Position numbers and translations under genes: made by a program | Notes under the pieces: generated by a model | Database searches by the model: none | What the model was told of the DNA's origin: nothing | Seen by the model: only the letters and a program-made list of their open reading frames with translations | NCBI RefSeq assembly: GCF_026250525.1 | Contig: NZ_CP111043.1 | Location: forward strand, 1,289,421-1,353,420 | Direction: 5' to 3' | Source: Chondrinema litorale | GTDB taxonomy: Bacteria; Bacteroidota; Bacteroidia; Cytophagales; Flammeovirgaceae | Length of the DNA stretch: 64,000 nt | Shown: positions 28,901-38,886 of the stretch, piece after piece | Numbering within the stretch: the first letter of the stretch is position 1 | How the letters are laid out: each line of letters opens with the position of its first letter

Positions 28901-30854
28901 TTGTTTGTGTGGCATCATCAATCTTAAGATTACTTACAATCTCGATCAACATCTCTAACTCCTGCCCAATCTGATCGTTTTCTTGTTGTACTTGATCAGC
29001 TTCCGCCACTTTGCTTACTGCATCAATCTTATCTTTTTGCCCAGCAACTTTTTGCTCGTAAGGCAACAAGGAGTTTTCTTCTAAGAGAAAAGCCACACAC
29101 TTTTGCGAAACCTCTTCGTTTCTCTCTGCTAGCTGTTTTTCTAGCTCTTCTATAGCCGGAATATCTGCATAGCGAAGCTCTTTGAGAGAAATCGTTTCAC
29201 CACGAATGCTACGAATATTGGCAAGGGTTTCAACAAAATCGTTGATCTCTTTGTATTGCCTTCTTCTTACTTTATCTACTAACTCTTTGGCTTCTTTAGA
29301 AACCTTGCCAACTGCTTCGAGTGTAGCTTTCTTAATCCTTCTTACCTTCTCAAACTCCTCAATTGCTACCACCGAGTTTTGGTGGATTTCCTGCAAAACA
29401 GTATCTATCTGGAAAGCCTCTTCGTGGCCAATCCAGTAATAACTGTCTCCAATCTCACTTGATTTCTTCGCTACATCTTGATAAAGCGTTGTATAAGCCT
29501 CCTCCTTCTGAATGAGCTTTAGCAACTCGTTACACTCTGCCATTGCCCGCACAATATCTTTGTTACCTACTTTGTATAGATAACTTTCATTTTGAGTAGG
29601 CACCTCATAATCTGGATGCACATAAGGAGTTTGCCAAAGTTGGAGCGCATGGTGCTTTTTAGGCTCATGATCTGCCTTAAAATACACCAACTCACCATTT
29701 CTAAAAAAAGAATAACCGCTACATATTACCGGACTTTCTACTGTTTGTTCTATCCTGTTATAAGAAAGCAATACATAATCGCCCTCAGCAGGATTGTAGA
29801 ACACATATTGAAAATCTTCTCCATTGGGAGAAATATTCTTTTTCTCGAAGCGCATTCCAGTTAGGCTCTCATCGTAAATTTTAAGCTCACCGGTTTGCAA
29901 ATAATATCCTTGCGAATAAATAATACCTTGCTCATCTGGTAAAAGCACACAAGCATCTTTAATACTATCGATTCTGTGTACCTCGCCCAGTTTATAATTG
30001 AATACGAAAAAGCGAAAATGCTCTTCCATATAAGGTTTAATCTTGAGCAGAATTAGGTTGCCTAAATCTGCAAAGTAAATCTCTGCATCATCCAGTGTTT
30101 GTTCTGGTTGGCTTACTTCTTCTGCATAAATCCCTTCTCCTGAATCTGTATTATCTTCAATTTTGATGGTAAGATCACCACCAATGGTTTCCACAAACAC
30201 TTTATCCATAATGGAAATGTGTGGGTGTTGCCCTTCTCTATGGTGATCGCGGCTTGCTCTCTTCCACTCAAACTCATGCTGTGCCGGATATTTTATTTCG
30301 TGATCGCTGCGATTATCAAGGTATGTGAGCTTTTCTCCTTCAACCAAAAACTTAAAAGCTTTTACACTGCTTGTGTCTTTGGATGTTTGAAATTTGAGGA
30401 AAAGGTGCGGCCCAATAACCACAAACTTAGAAAAAGTTGTATGCTTGTAATATTTGTAAAGTTGACGGAAATCCTCAGCAAAACGCTCATCTGAAAGCAA
30501 TGAAAGGTCTTTTGCATGAAAGCTGTCATCGTCTGATCTGAACTGATAAACACTGAAAACATCAGATATTTCCACCTCAGACTTTAAACCTATATGCACA
30601 TTGTAACCAAAAATAAAATGGTCGCCTACCGCTATCATGTCGCGGGGAACACAATTATTCTCTGTGCTAATTCGCTCGGTTTTTAACAAGGTAGTCGGAA
30701 TATTACCAAAGGTATCTTTCCTTACCTCGTTTAGCTGGTTTAATTTTTCTTGTAGTGTATTGCCACTTTGCTTCAGCCTCTGCTTTAATATCTCATAGGT
30801 ACCAGCATCTATTTGCGGTGATTCTGTAGCTTGTGGTGTTGTATTTTGTTCCAT
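25935..30854 (-). CDS. giant (1639 aa) protein with C-terminal MoxR/midasin-class AAA+ ATPase module. N-terminal beta-rich region and central coiled coil
   Basis: Walker A LISPPGYGKTT, Walker B VMVYLDDIQH, sensor-1 VVMAGNP (compare ATxNP of MoxR/dynein), Arg-finger region MLANRADTY. A long heptad-like central region. No TM segments. Confidence 0.6.
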   Translation of the reverse strand: MEQNTTPQATESPQIDAGTYEILKQRLKQSGNTLQEKLNQLNEVRKDTFGNIPTTLLKTERISTENNCVPRDMIAVGDHFIFGYNVHIGLKSEVEISDVFSVYQFRSDDDSFHAKDLSLLSDERFAEDFRQLYKYYKHTTFSKFVVIGPHLFLKFQTSKDTSSVKAFKFLVEGEKLTYLDNRSDHEIKYPAQHEFEWKRASRDHHREGQHPHISIMDKVFVETIGGDLTIKIEDNTDSGEGIYAEEVSQPEQTLDDAEIYFADLGNLILLKIKPYMEEHFRFFVFNYKLGEVHRIDSIKDACVLLPDEQGIIYSQGYYLQTGELKIYDESLTGMRFEKKNISPNGEDFQYVFYNPAEGDYVLLSYNRIEQTVESPVICSGYSFFRNGELVYFKADHEPKKHHALQLWQTPYVHPDYEVPTQNESYLYKVGNKDIVRAMAECNELLKLIQKEEAYTTLYQDVAKKSSEIGDSYYWIGHEEAFQIDTVLQEIHQNSVVAIEEFEKVRRIKKATLEAVGKVSKEAKELVDKVRRRQYKEINDFVETLANIRSIRGETISLKELRYADIPAIEELEKQLAERNEEVSQKCVAFLLEENSLLPYEQKVAGQKDKIDAVSKVAEADQVQQENDQIGQELEMLIEIVSNLKIDDATQTTAIIDNISDIYASLNQVKAKLKQVRKNLLGTEAKAEFAAQLRLISQSVVNYLDVSDTPQRCEEYMTRLMVQLEELEGKFADFDEFIPQLADKRDEVYQAFESKKLSLTEQRNKKATSLQSAADRILKSIEHKVKSFKEVSEINAYFAADIMVHKVQEMITQLQSLDDNVKADDLQSKLNSTKEEAVRQLKDRQDLFADGENVITLGKHKFSVNVQSLDVSLVQRDGDLYYHLSGTNFFEKADLSGNHFQPAIMVQDIVSENSDVYRAEYLAYQYLKQIKRDKALSEQAGLPVKELASKIQTYMAPRYQEGYQKGVHDADAAILLQKLIDLESRIDLLRFMPDVRACAALWWQMFAEDLKEGDNSKALLLHRIRGQAVIRKLFPNSEDQQQLIDDLATEITAFVESSGLFTASIAKQAASYLTLELAENDIFTISREAAFICEGFTKDLKDKDAEATYKHSVASLKDIPEDAFTLICDWLKAWLQGQTFDGISNVATSINEAAVLLFTNSFDNANVLNVEVEQAIEGLSGEHNSIEKGSYTLNYHNFMQRLSKFENKVVPAYTKFQELKKSMVDKFRQQIRLDEFKPRVLSSFVRNQLVDQVYLPLIGDNLAKQIGVVGHNKRTDLMGMLLLISPPGYGKTTLMEYIANRIGLIFMKINGPAIGHQVTSLDPDDAGNASAREELKKLNLAFEMGDNVMVYLDDIQHCNPEFLQKFISLCDGQRKIEGVYKGVPQTYDLRGKRVCVVMAGNPYTESGEKFRIPDMLANRADTYNLGDIIGDTESQFRLSYIENALTSNPVLTKLAVRSRKDIHTVIRYAETGNREGLDFEANMDSDELNEYVSVLSKLLKIRDAILKVNLKYIESAAQADEYRTEPAFKLQGSYRNMNKLAEKVMPVMNEKELQTLVLSHYENESQTLTSGAEANMLIFKGMMNWLDEVAHNRWEEIKKVFMKNQKQKGYGSNNQMAALLEQLEYFTENLKGIKEAIEKK

Positions 30855-30971
30855 TTTTTTCAGTTAACAGGTGGTTACAGTTAGCAGTATTTCATTTACT
30901 GTTACTAGAGAGCAATTATCAGTCATCGTATTCTGACAACTGATAACTGTTGACTGTTCTCTGAATATTGA

Positions 30972-33029
30972 TTACAAACCAAGTGCTTTCACTGGCATTT
31001 CGGCAATGCCTGATTTTCTGGCGTGGTCTATCAAACTACTGATAAAGCTCTGCTCTTTCGAGTCGTTGCTGTAGCTTGAAAGTTTGAACAACAAGGCTGA
31101 TACACTCAAGTTTTTGATATCTTCTGTGGTTAATCCGAATCTGGAAATCATGTCTCTTACTTTCTCAATCATGTTACCATTTTCAGAATCAAGCAAGTTG
31201 CTTTTGATCTCCTGTATAGTACTACTGCTTTCTACAAAGCGGTCTACTGATTTACCAGTGGTAATAGACTGAATAATTTTCTCGAAGAACATGCTGTCTC
31301 CACCTACGATATCAATCTTAGCAGATTTTAATCCATCACTCATTACTTGAGCTTGTGCCATTGCAATGTCTTTTTGCACATTTACACGCGCCATTTCAAT
31401 ATCCTTCTCAATCTGCAATTTCAAGCGGAATTCTTCCAAACCTCTACCAGCTTCGTCTAACAATTTGTTAGCCTCAGCTTCTGCTCTAATTCTCTGTGCT
31501 TCTACCAATGCTTTCTCATTAGCTACTTTAGCCTCAGCCATACCTTGTTTCTCAATGGCAATTGCCTTCGCTTCCATACCTTTTGCCTCTGCTTTGGCTG
31601 TTTCTTCGATAGTTTTAGCATCTGCAGCAGCTTGCAACTCTTGAGCTTGCGCTTTAAATTCAATTACTTTCGCTTCTGCAATACCTCTAGCAGCTTCGTC
31701 TTCTATTTTCGCTTTAGCCAACACTTTGGTAGCTTCTGCATCTTTTTCTGCGATCATAAATTCAGTATCTGCATCAATGCGTTTTTGTTTCGCTCTAATT
31801 TCAGCAGCCTGTCTTTGTGCTTCAGCAGCTTTTACTTCTTTCAATAATTGCTCTTCTGCATCTTGCTCAGCTTTGGTAATCGATACTTTTTTCAAACGAT
31901 CAGCCTCTGCATAAGCCTGAGTATCTTTAATCTTCTCTTGCTCTTCTACCACAGATTTTTCAAGAATGATACGCTCTTTAATTACATCTTGAATATCGCG
32001 TTTCTCTTGCTCAAGGGCTTTTTCTTTAGCAATATTTGCCAACGAAACAATTTTCTCTCTTTCTGTAGCTTCTAGCATTCTTTCTTTTTCTAGGCGCTCT
32101 GTCTCTACTGCATCTACTTTCTCTTTGTTTTTCTGAGCAATAATTACTTGTCTCTCTTTATTTTGAGTAGCAATCTCCAATTCTTCATCTACACGGATGC
32201 GTGCATTTTCTGCTTTCAATCTTTCTTCGTGCTCTACCATTGAGGCAGCAGCTTCTTCTCTTGAGCGAATTGTTGAAATTTCTCTGCGTTGTTTTTCTTC
32301 TGCTTCAGCTTGTTGTTTTTCAAGCTCAAGAACTGCTTCTTGTCTTTCAACATCTTGCTTTTTGATGGTTTTCTCTTCGTCGTTTCTAATCTTGTTAGCA
32401 AGTATCTTTTGAGCAGCAGTTTTCTCAGTAATTTTCTTGATACCTTCAGAATCTAAGATATTATCTGGATCGAGTGAAGCAAGTGGTGTTTGCTCTAAGT
32501 AGTCAATCGCACAGTCTTCTAGTATATAACCATTAAGGTCTGTACCAATCGCCTTTCTTACCATGTTGTTCAACTCATCTCTCGAATTGTATAAATCGAT
32601 AAAGTCGAATTGCTTACCTACGGTTTTTAAAGCTTCTGAGAATTTTGCTTCAAACAAAGCAACAAGCAAACTCGTATCCGATGCTCTATCGCAACCAATC
32701 GCTTGAGCAACATCCATCACACTATCGCGATTCACTCTCACAAAGAATGCAACCCTAATATCAGCACGAAGGTTATCCTTACAAATCAATCCATTTTTAC
32801 CTTCTCTGCTAATTTCGAAGCTCTGAACAGAAATATCCATAATATCCATTCTTTGCAAAACAGGTATTACCGTACCTCCATTAAAGAACACTTTTGCACC
32901 TCCAATGCCTGTTCTTACTATTACTTTACCTTGTTGTATTTTTTTAAAAAAGCTGGCAATTATAGCAACTGTACCAAAAACGATCACGGCAGTAGCTACC
33001 AGAAAAATTATCACTGTTTGTCCAATCAT
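30972..33029 (-). CDS. flotillin family SPFH-domain protein (YqiK/FloT-like)
   Basis: N-terminal TM helix, SPFH domain, then a very long E/A/K/Q-rich coiled coil and flotillin C-terminal region. 685 aa. Confidence 0.85.
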   Translation of the reverse strand: MIGQTVIIFLVATAVIVFGTVAIIASFFKKIQQGKVIVRTGIGGAKVFFNGGTVIPVLQRMDIMDISVQSFEISREGKNGLICKDNLRADIRVAFFVRVNRDSVMDVAQAIGCDRASDTSLLVALFEAKFSEALKTVGKQFDFIDLYNSRDELNNMVRKAIGTDLNGYILEDCAIDYLEQTPLASLDPDNILDSEGIKKITEKTAAQKILANKIRNDEEKTIKKQDVERQEAVLELEKQQAEAEEKQRREISTIRSREEAAASMVEHEERLKAENARIRVDEELEIATQNKERQVIIAQKNKEKVDAVETERLEKERMLEATEREKIVSLANIAKEKALEQEKRDIQDVIKERIILEKSVVEEQEKIKDTQAYAEADRLKKVSITKAEQDAEEQLLKEVKAAEAQRQAAEIRAKQKRIDADTEFMIAEKDAEATKVLAKAKIEDEAARGIAEAKVIEFKAQAQELQAAADAKTIEETAKAEAKGMEAKAIAIEKQGMAEAKVANEKALVEAQRIRAEAEANKLLDEAGRGLEEFRLKLQIEKDIEMARVNVQKDIAMAQAQVMSDGLKSAKIDIVGGDSMFFEKIIQSITTGKSVDRFVESSSTIQEIKSNLLDSENGNMIEKVRDMISRFGLTTEDIKNLSVSALLFKLSSYSNDSKEQSFISSLIDHARKSGIAEMPVKALGL

Positions 33030-33081
33030 ATCTTTTAGAAATTAAATTGTAATTCAGTTTTATATAAATGTGTTTTTAAAT

Positions 33082-33735
33082 TCAATTTGATGTGTGATAG
33101 GCTTCTACCACATAGCAGTTTTTATCTTCTTTGCGCATCAGTACCAATGCCTGATCACCTTTATTAAGCGGAGTACCGTCGTGTGTTACCACATAAACTG
33201 TTTGGGCTATGCCATCTAGTTTTACTTCTGCCAATCCCATATTTTCACCATCAGCCGTACTTCTCAAAGTACAAACTTTGCCAACTACCTTTACATCATC
33301 TGGTTTGTTGATGTGCTTAAACATTTGCACAAAAGGCATACAAGCAACTTTGGTTAACAACAAACTCACTATAATGAGTGGGATAAATAATATTGCAGCT
33401 ACGCCCCAAGAGCTGTTTGCTAGGTAATAATTACTTAAAACAGAACCTACCCAAAGAAACAGTGCAAAAAAGCTTATCAGAATCATGATAGGGATTTCAC
33501 CTATATTGAAAAAGTAAAGCAGATTGTTGACTGCACTTCCTCCTTCTGCTGATACATCTGCGTCTGTGTCTACGTCTGCATCCATATCTATATCGGCATC
33601 CAAGTCTACGTCAACATCAAAACTGCTTAGATCAAGTACACCTACAAATGTGCCCAACCAGTAAAATGAAACCAATATCATTAAAAATGTATAAGGCAAG
33701 TTTACAGGCTCCAAAGCATAACTTAGAAATTCCAT
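33082..33735 (-). CDS. NfeD/YqiJ-like membrane protein (flotillin operon partner)
   Basis: TM helices, an acidic DVDVDLDADIDMDADVDTDADV linker, more TM helices, and a C-terminal OB-fold-like beta segment. 217 aa. Directly upstream of the flotillin gene. Confidence 0.6.
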   Translation of the reverse strand: MEFLSYALEPVNLPYTFLMILVSFYWLGTFVGVLDLSSFDVDVDLDADIDMDADVDTDADVSAEGGSAVNNLLYFFNIGEIPIMILISFFALFLWVGSVLSNYYLANSSWGVAAILFIPLIIVSLLLTKVACMPFVQMFKHINKPDDVKVVGKVCTLRSTADGENMGLAEVKLDGIAQTVYVVTHDGTPLNKGDQALVLMRKEDKNCYVVEAYHTSN

Positions 33736-34799
33736 AGTAGTATAGTTTAAAGTCTTAGCAGCTTTGGCAAAGCGATGCCAACAGAGAAATAAAATTGTAT
33801 TTCTCCTGCTTTATGTAAGACGAATTGTGATTTAAGATTTTTAATAGTTTGGTGTGAATCTGATTCCTACGCTACTTTATCAATCTCTTATTTTTCAGAA
33901 AATTTATTAGTACAAAAAACTCCTCCATTATTTACATTTAGTTAAAATTTTCTAACGTAATAAACCAAATATTTTGGTATATTTTGATAGTATTTTCTTC
34001 CTCTTTTTTGATAATTAGACAAAGTAATTCCTGCTGAGCTTTTTAAACCCAGATGCTTAAATGTTCGAAAATTACAATGAATTATTGCTCGATAAGGAAA
34101 AAGCCTTTCCAGCCAATTCTCTGATTTGCTTATTTTTTCTTGTAACAGATTAGTAGCAAGCAAAAGATTTTTATTACAAAATTTTATTAAAAAGAATTAA
34201 AATAATTCTGTTAATTAATACTCAGGCAAGAGAGCTTATCAGAGGAGAAGTGGATATGTATTTGCCTGTAGTACTTTCATTTTTTTGTAACTTAATTGAT
34301 AATATATTTTACTAAAAATTGAATATCAAGGTTACATAAAAATATAAATATTTACAGATTTAACATTCTGTTAATTTTTATATATCTCCAGCGATTCCAG
34401 AAGAGGCATACTTTATATATTTAAATATAAATTAGCCATATAACTCATATACCTATACAAAAAGATATATAATACAAAATTATAAGCCAGCGTATATACT
34501 TTGATTAAAATTGAATTATATGGGTATTGAGTAGATAAAAAACATCTGATCTAAGAAAATACTCAATATAAATTCATGTTAAAATAGCCTCCAACTTTCA
34601 TTTACCAATACCTGGTTTATTCGTGTAAGAATTTAGTAACAAAAAAACAATACAAATTCACCTAAAAAGGTTATTCATGTATACTTTTACGCAAATATTT
34701 TAAGGGTATCGTAACATGAGTTTTTTCATTTAATAAGTAAAAAATTATCATAAACACCCCTAGCAATTTTTTAAGACCATATGATATAATTACCAGCTA

Positions 34800-35549
34800 A
34801 TGTTTAAAAATAATTACCAATTAAATAAAGTACTATTCAAATCTTTTCCTACAAATAGTTTACACCTTTTACTTTTCATAAGCTTCTTTACTCTAACTCA
34901 TTGTAGTTTTGCACAAGAAAATAGTGAGCAGAAATTCTGGAATCGGTTCTATATTTCACCAACTATATCTTACATCTTTAGCAGTGCAGAATCTGGAAAC
35001 GAATTGATAGGAACTAATGGACTCTTTAAAGGTATAGCTTCGGGACTCAATTTTAATTATCAAATTAATCAGACATTTGGGTTTAGACTTTCTACAAATT
35101 ATCTCAAAGGACAAGAACAAGTAGCCAATAAAGTCTCTTTTCCCATTTATGAGGTTAGAGCTTGGGGCAGAGGAGTTTTCATATCACCTTCAGTAGTATT
35201 TCTTTCTAATAAAAGCTTTTTTAATGTAACACCATTCTTAACATTTGGAGCTCTTACAGGCTTTCCAGAAGTAGTTTATACTTACCAAAATGAAAAAGCC
35301 ATTTTTACTGGAAATACATTTATAGGTATAAATAGTGCCTTAGGAGGAAAAATTAAATTGAACAAATCATTGTCTTTTAATATAGAAGTTCAAGCTCAAA
35401 AAGCTAATTATACACCTAGTAGAGTCGTCTACCAAAGTAATGATTCTGTTATTATTGATGAGTCTGAAGATGAGCTAAATACTTCATTTAAACTCGACAA
35501 TTTTAATCTCTCATTAAGTCTTAGTTATAAATTCAAAAACAGCAAATAA
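34800..35549 (+). CDS. outer-membrane beta-barrel protein, hypothetical
   Basis: Signal peptide. Alternating beta-strand pattern. C-terminal aromatic residue. Confidence 0.45.
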   Translation: MFKNNYQLNKVLFKSFPTNSLHLLLFISFFTLTHCSFAQENSEQKFWNRFYISPTISYIFSSAESGNELIGTNGLFKGIASGLNFNYQINQTFGFRLSTNYLKGQEQVANKVSFPIYEVRAWGRGVFISPSVVFLSNKSFFNVTPFLTFGALTGFPEVVYTYQNEKAIFTGNTFIGINSALGGKIKLNKSLSFNIEVQAQKANYTPSRVVYQSNDSVIIDESEDELNTSFKLDNFNLSLSLSYKFKNSK

Positions 35550-36160
35550 TGCGTCTCAAAAATATACTTATAGTAGCATTACTATTGGGCGTATTACAAG
35601 CAAAAGCCCAACAGCACCTTTTCGATTTAAGTCTTGCTCCGCGTTTACATCTGGAAGAAAAACCAGAGTATATAGACCATAAAGTAAGAGCTATTTCAAA
35701 TTTATCAATAGGATATTGTTACCTCCCAGATTCTTTAAACTTGGGTATTGGCCTAACTTATGAATATTTTTCTGAACCTTATAAAGCTAGTAACTATTTT
35801 GGTTATAAGATCAGATATCATGCAGTTAAAGTACCTATACTTTTAAAAACTCCTTTAAGTGAAAAGATTAATTTAATGCTTAAATCTGGGCCTTCTTTCT
35901 ACTTTCCATTTATTCATGACACAGATATAAGCACATTATATAACCCTACTCTAAAGGGAGGGCTTAAAATCGGTTATTATAATAGCCTATCTTTTATTAT
36001 GCATACAAAAGGAATGGTACAATATGGAATCTCTGTTTTTTCAAATTCCATTATTTCAGAATTTAATATGATTAATTCTGATGAAGATATTTTGGCAAAT
36101 CAGGATAGCTACTCTCATGTGGGACTTTCTTTTTCTTTAATGATAAACTTTACCAAATAA
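35549..36160 (+). CDS. outer-membrane beta-barrel protein, hypothetical
   Basis: Signal peptide. Start overlaps the stop of the previous gene. Confidence 0.45.
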   Translation: MRLKNILIVALLLGVLQAKAQQHLFDLSLAPRLHLEEKPEYIDHKVRAISNLSIGYCYLPDSLNLGIGLTYEYFSEPYKASNYFGYKIRYHAVKVPILLKTPLSEKINLMLKSGPSFYFPFIHDTDISTLYNPTLKGGLKIGYYNSLSFIMHTKGMVQYGISVFSNSIISEFNMINSDEDILANQDSYSHVGLSFSLMINFTK

Positions 36161-36162
36161 CC

Positions 36163-36696
36163 ATGCGCACTTATCAGTACATATACATTTTTATTTCATG
36201 TTTATTTTTGACTAGTTGTTACGAAGAAAATATAACCGAAGAGAATCCTGCACCATTTATTGAATTACTTGGCTTCTCACCCAACGAATCCATAACAAAT
36301 GCCTTTAACGAAGAACAACAAGCATTTAGCTTTTTAATTAAATTTTCTGATGAGCAAGGTGATATTGGAATAATCTATGAAAACATAAACGAAACAGAAA
36401 GAAATTTAATAATTGAAATGTATGACCAAAATGGTAAAATAGACGAATCAGATGGAGGTAATTATAGCATGATTTTCTTCGATGAAGCTACTACTCCAAA
36501 TAGTCTTAATAGTGAAGGAGGTTATCAGCTTTACAAATTCAGCCCTTTTAGTGGCGAAATTGCGGCTATCTTTCAATTTCCATATAATGGCTATAAAAAC
36601 TATGTTTCCCCATATTACTTCCAAATCTATCTCCTTGATAGAGAAAACAATAAAAGTAATGTAATAACAACCCCTTCATTTGAGATAACCGAATAG
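36163..36696 (+). CDS. lipoprotein, hypothetical
   Basis: Signal peptide with lipobox LTSC. Confidence 0.4.
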   Translation: MRTYQYIYIFISCLFLTSCYEENITEENPAPFIELLGFSPNESITNAFNEEQQAFSFLIKFSDEQGDIGIIYENINETERNLIIEMYDQNGKIDESDGGNYSMIFFDEATTPNSLNSEGGYQLYKFSPFSGEIAAIFQFPYNGYKNYVSPYYFQIYLLDRENNKSNVITTPSFEITE

Positions 36697-36954
36697 CACT
36701 TATTCAAATAAAAAAATAATCCAGAACTTGTTAAATAAACAATGTATTAATTCTTATTTAATATCTCTCAACAATTCGGTAATTTAAGTAGTTGAAATGC
36801 TGATTAAGACCAATTAAATTCTTTCTTGGTCTTTATTTCGGGCATAACTGTGCATTTACTTTTCTACTTGTGACTATCTGTGTGTATATTCAGGATGCAT
36901 TAATTTACTATCTACCAGAAAATACCACCTTAATAAGTAAACACAAAAAGCTAA

Positions 36955-37560
36955 ATGGTTGACAAAAAACAACACATAATCGACGATAAAGAGCTAATAA
37001 ACGGACTTAGCCGAGACGATTATGCCAGTTTTGAATGTATTTATAATAAATACTATCAACCTCTGTATAACTACTCTTGCCAGTTTAGTGGAATTAAAGC
37101 CTACAACCACGATTGCATTCAAGACTTATTTATAGACCTCTGGAATAACCGTAGTAAAACCACCATTACTTACTCTTTGCAAGCTTATCTTTATAAGAGT
37201 TTGCGGTATAAAATCCAGCATCAGATAAGAAAAGACCAAACAAGAGCTAAGAACATACAAGGCTATTTTGAAGATTCGTTTGAGATATTTTTTCATGAGC
37301 AAGAATACTTGGAGAAGATTGAGTTAGAAAAACACCATATCTCAAAACTAAAGGATAGCATACAACAACTTGCCCCCAAACAGAGAGAGTTAATCTACCT
37401 CATCTATTTTAATAACCTCTCTTATGATGATGTTTCTCAGATTATGGGCATCAGTAAAAAAACGGCATACAATCAGGTGCATAGTGCGATTAAAAATCTG
37501 AGAACTTCTCTAGGCGATTTAATATTTACCCTACTTTTTATATACCCGAATTTACCTTAA
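36955..37560 (+). CDS. ECF-type RNA polymerase sigma-70 factor
   Basis: Region 2 and region 4 HTH (LSYDDVSQIMGISKKTAYNQVHSAIKNLR). Followed by a FecR-like gene and SusC. Confidence 0.75.
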   Translation: MVDKKQHIIDDKELINGLSRDDYASFECIYNKYYQPLYNYSCQFSGIKAYNHDCIQDLFIDLWNNRSKTTITYSLQAYLYKSLRYKIQHQIRKDQTRAKNIQGYFEDSFEIFFHEQEYLEKIELEKHHISKLKDSIQQLAPKQRELIYLIYFNNLSYDDVSQIMGISKKTAYNQVHSAIKNLRTSLGDLIFTLLFIYPNLP

Positions 37561-37731
37561 CCAAGAGTTTATACACGAAACTCGCAACAAAAAAGCCAAT
37601 TACTTGCCATGCCACATCTAAACAAGTCATTTATTTACGATTATCATAAAATTGAAAAATATTTAAAATCTGACTAGGAAAAAGTTTGGGTACTTACACA
37701 TATAAGAAAAGCTCTCTTATCAAGTACAAAT

Positions 37732-38736
37732 ATGAACCAGACTGAAGCATTTTTAAACGATCCAAAATTTTGGCTATGGGTTAAATCACCAGATAAAGAA
37801 CTCGACGATTACTGGCAATCTTGGTGCGAGCAACATCCTGATAAGATAAAAGAACTACAAGAAGCAAGAGCATTTTTAAGCACCATCGAGTTTAAACAAT
37901 TCACCGCCAGCGAAACTGAGAAGCAAAGCGATTGGGCAAAGATTAAAGCTGGCACTCAGAGCCAAACAACAACATTCTATCGCTTTACAAATTTCTATCG
38001 TATTGCGGCCATCATCACTCTAATTTTAATCTCTATTGTATCAGCCTACTTATTCTTCGAGCAACTTAATGTTGAAAAAGCACCAGTGGTTACCATGGAA
38101 CAACGAGCTACTAATGCTGGACAAAAAATCTCACTTAAATTGACCGATGGCACTTATATAAAACTGAACTCAGGCAGTAAACTCATTTATCCGTCACAAT
38201 TTTCAGATACAGCCAGAATAGTAAAACTTATTGGAGAGGCATATTTCGAAGTAGCCAAAGACGCTAAAAGACCTTTTTTAGTGGAAGCCGGAAATATTAC
38301 TACCAAAGTACTTGGCACCCGATTTAATGTGAATGGTTACAGCGAAAACGTATCAGTTTCTTTGATTGAAGGCTCAGTAGAAGTAAGTAATGAAACCGAT
38401 GGAAAGACTACTCGACAGTTGATTGTTCCTGGTGAAAAAGCCCGATGGACTAACAATGAGTTTACCATAGAAAAACTAAATAAACTGGAAATCGGCTGGA
38501 AAGATAACATCCTGTACTTCCAAAAAAGCAGCATTTCCGAAATTAAAAATGTATTGGAAAAGTGGTACGGAGTTACCATTCATATAGATCAACCAGAAAA
38601 GATAATGAAATCCTTTAATGGTGAATTTCAAGACGAAAGCCTCGACAATGTGCTGGAAAGTATGGGCTTCGCCATGAAGTTTAACTACCGAATAGAAGAT
38701 AAACATGTATACATAAACCCTAACGAAAATGAATAA
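37732..38736 (+). CDS. FecR-family anti-sigma factor
   Basis: N-terminal cytoplasmic region, single TM segment, periplasmic FecR domain. Position between the ECF sigma and SusC. Confidence 0.75.
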   Translation: MNQTEAFLNDPKFWLWVKSPDKELDDYWQSWCEQHPDKIKELQEARAFLSTIEFKQFTASETEKQSDWAKIKAGTQSQTTTFYRFTNFYRIAAIITLILISIVSAYLFFEQLNVEKAPVVTMEQRATNAGQKISLKLTDGTYIKLNSGSKLIYPSQFSDTARIVKLIGEAYFEVAKDAKRPFLVEAGNITTKVLGTRFNVNGYSENVSVSLIEGSVEVSNETDGKTTRQLIVPGEKARWTNNEFTIEKLNKLEIGWKDNILYFQKSSISEIKNVLEKWYGVTIHIDQPEKIMKSFNGEFQDESLDNVLESMGFAMKFNYRIEDKHVYINPNENE

Positions 38737-38886
38737 TTCGAGCTAAAAAAAACCAGTACATCTCCATCTACCGAAGATATACTGGCTAAAATTCTGCAAC
38801 TCTGCCAACATTACTCAAGCGACCAAACCATACATAATGTACAGGCAGAGCCACTAACTATTTATTAATTTTAATTATCTAAAAAT

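Noticed and set aside
31084-32412. Several plus-strand ORFs of 60-100 aa inside the flotillin gene
   Set aside because: They lie antisense within the low-complexity E/A/K-rich coiled-coil coding region. Their products are Ser/Ala/Phe/Cys-rich low-complexity artefacts.
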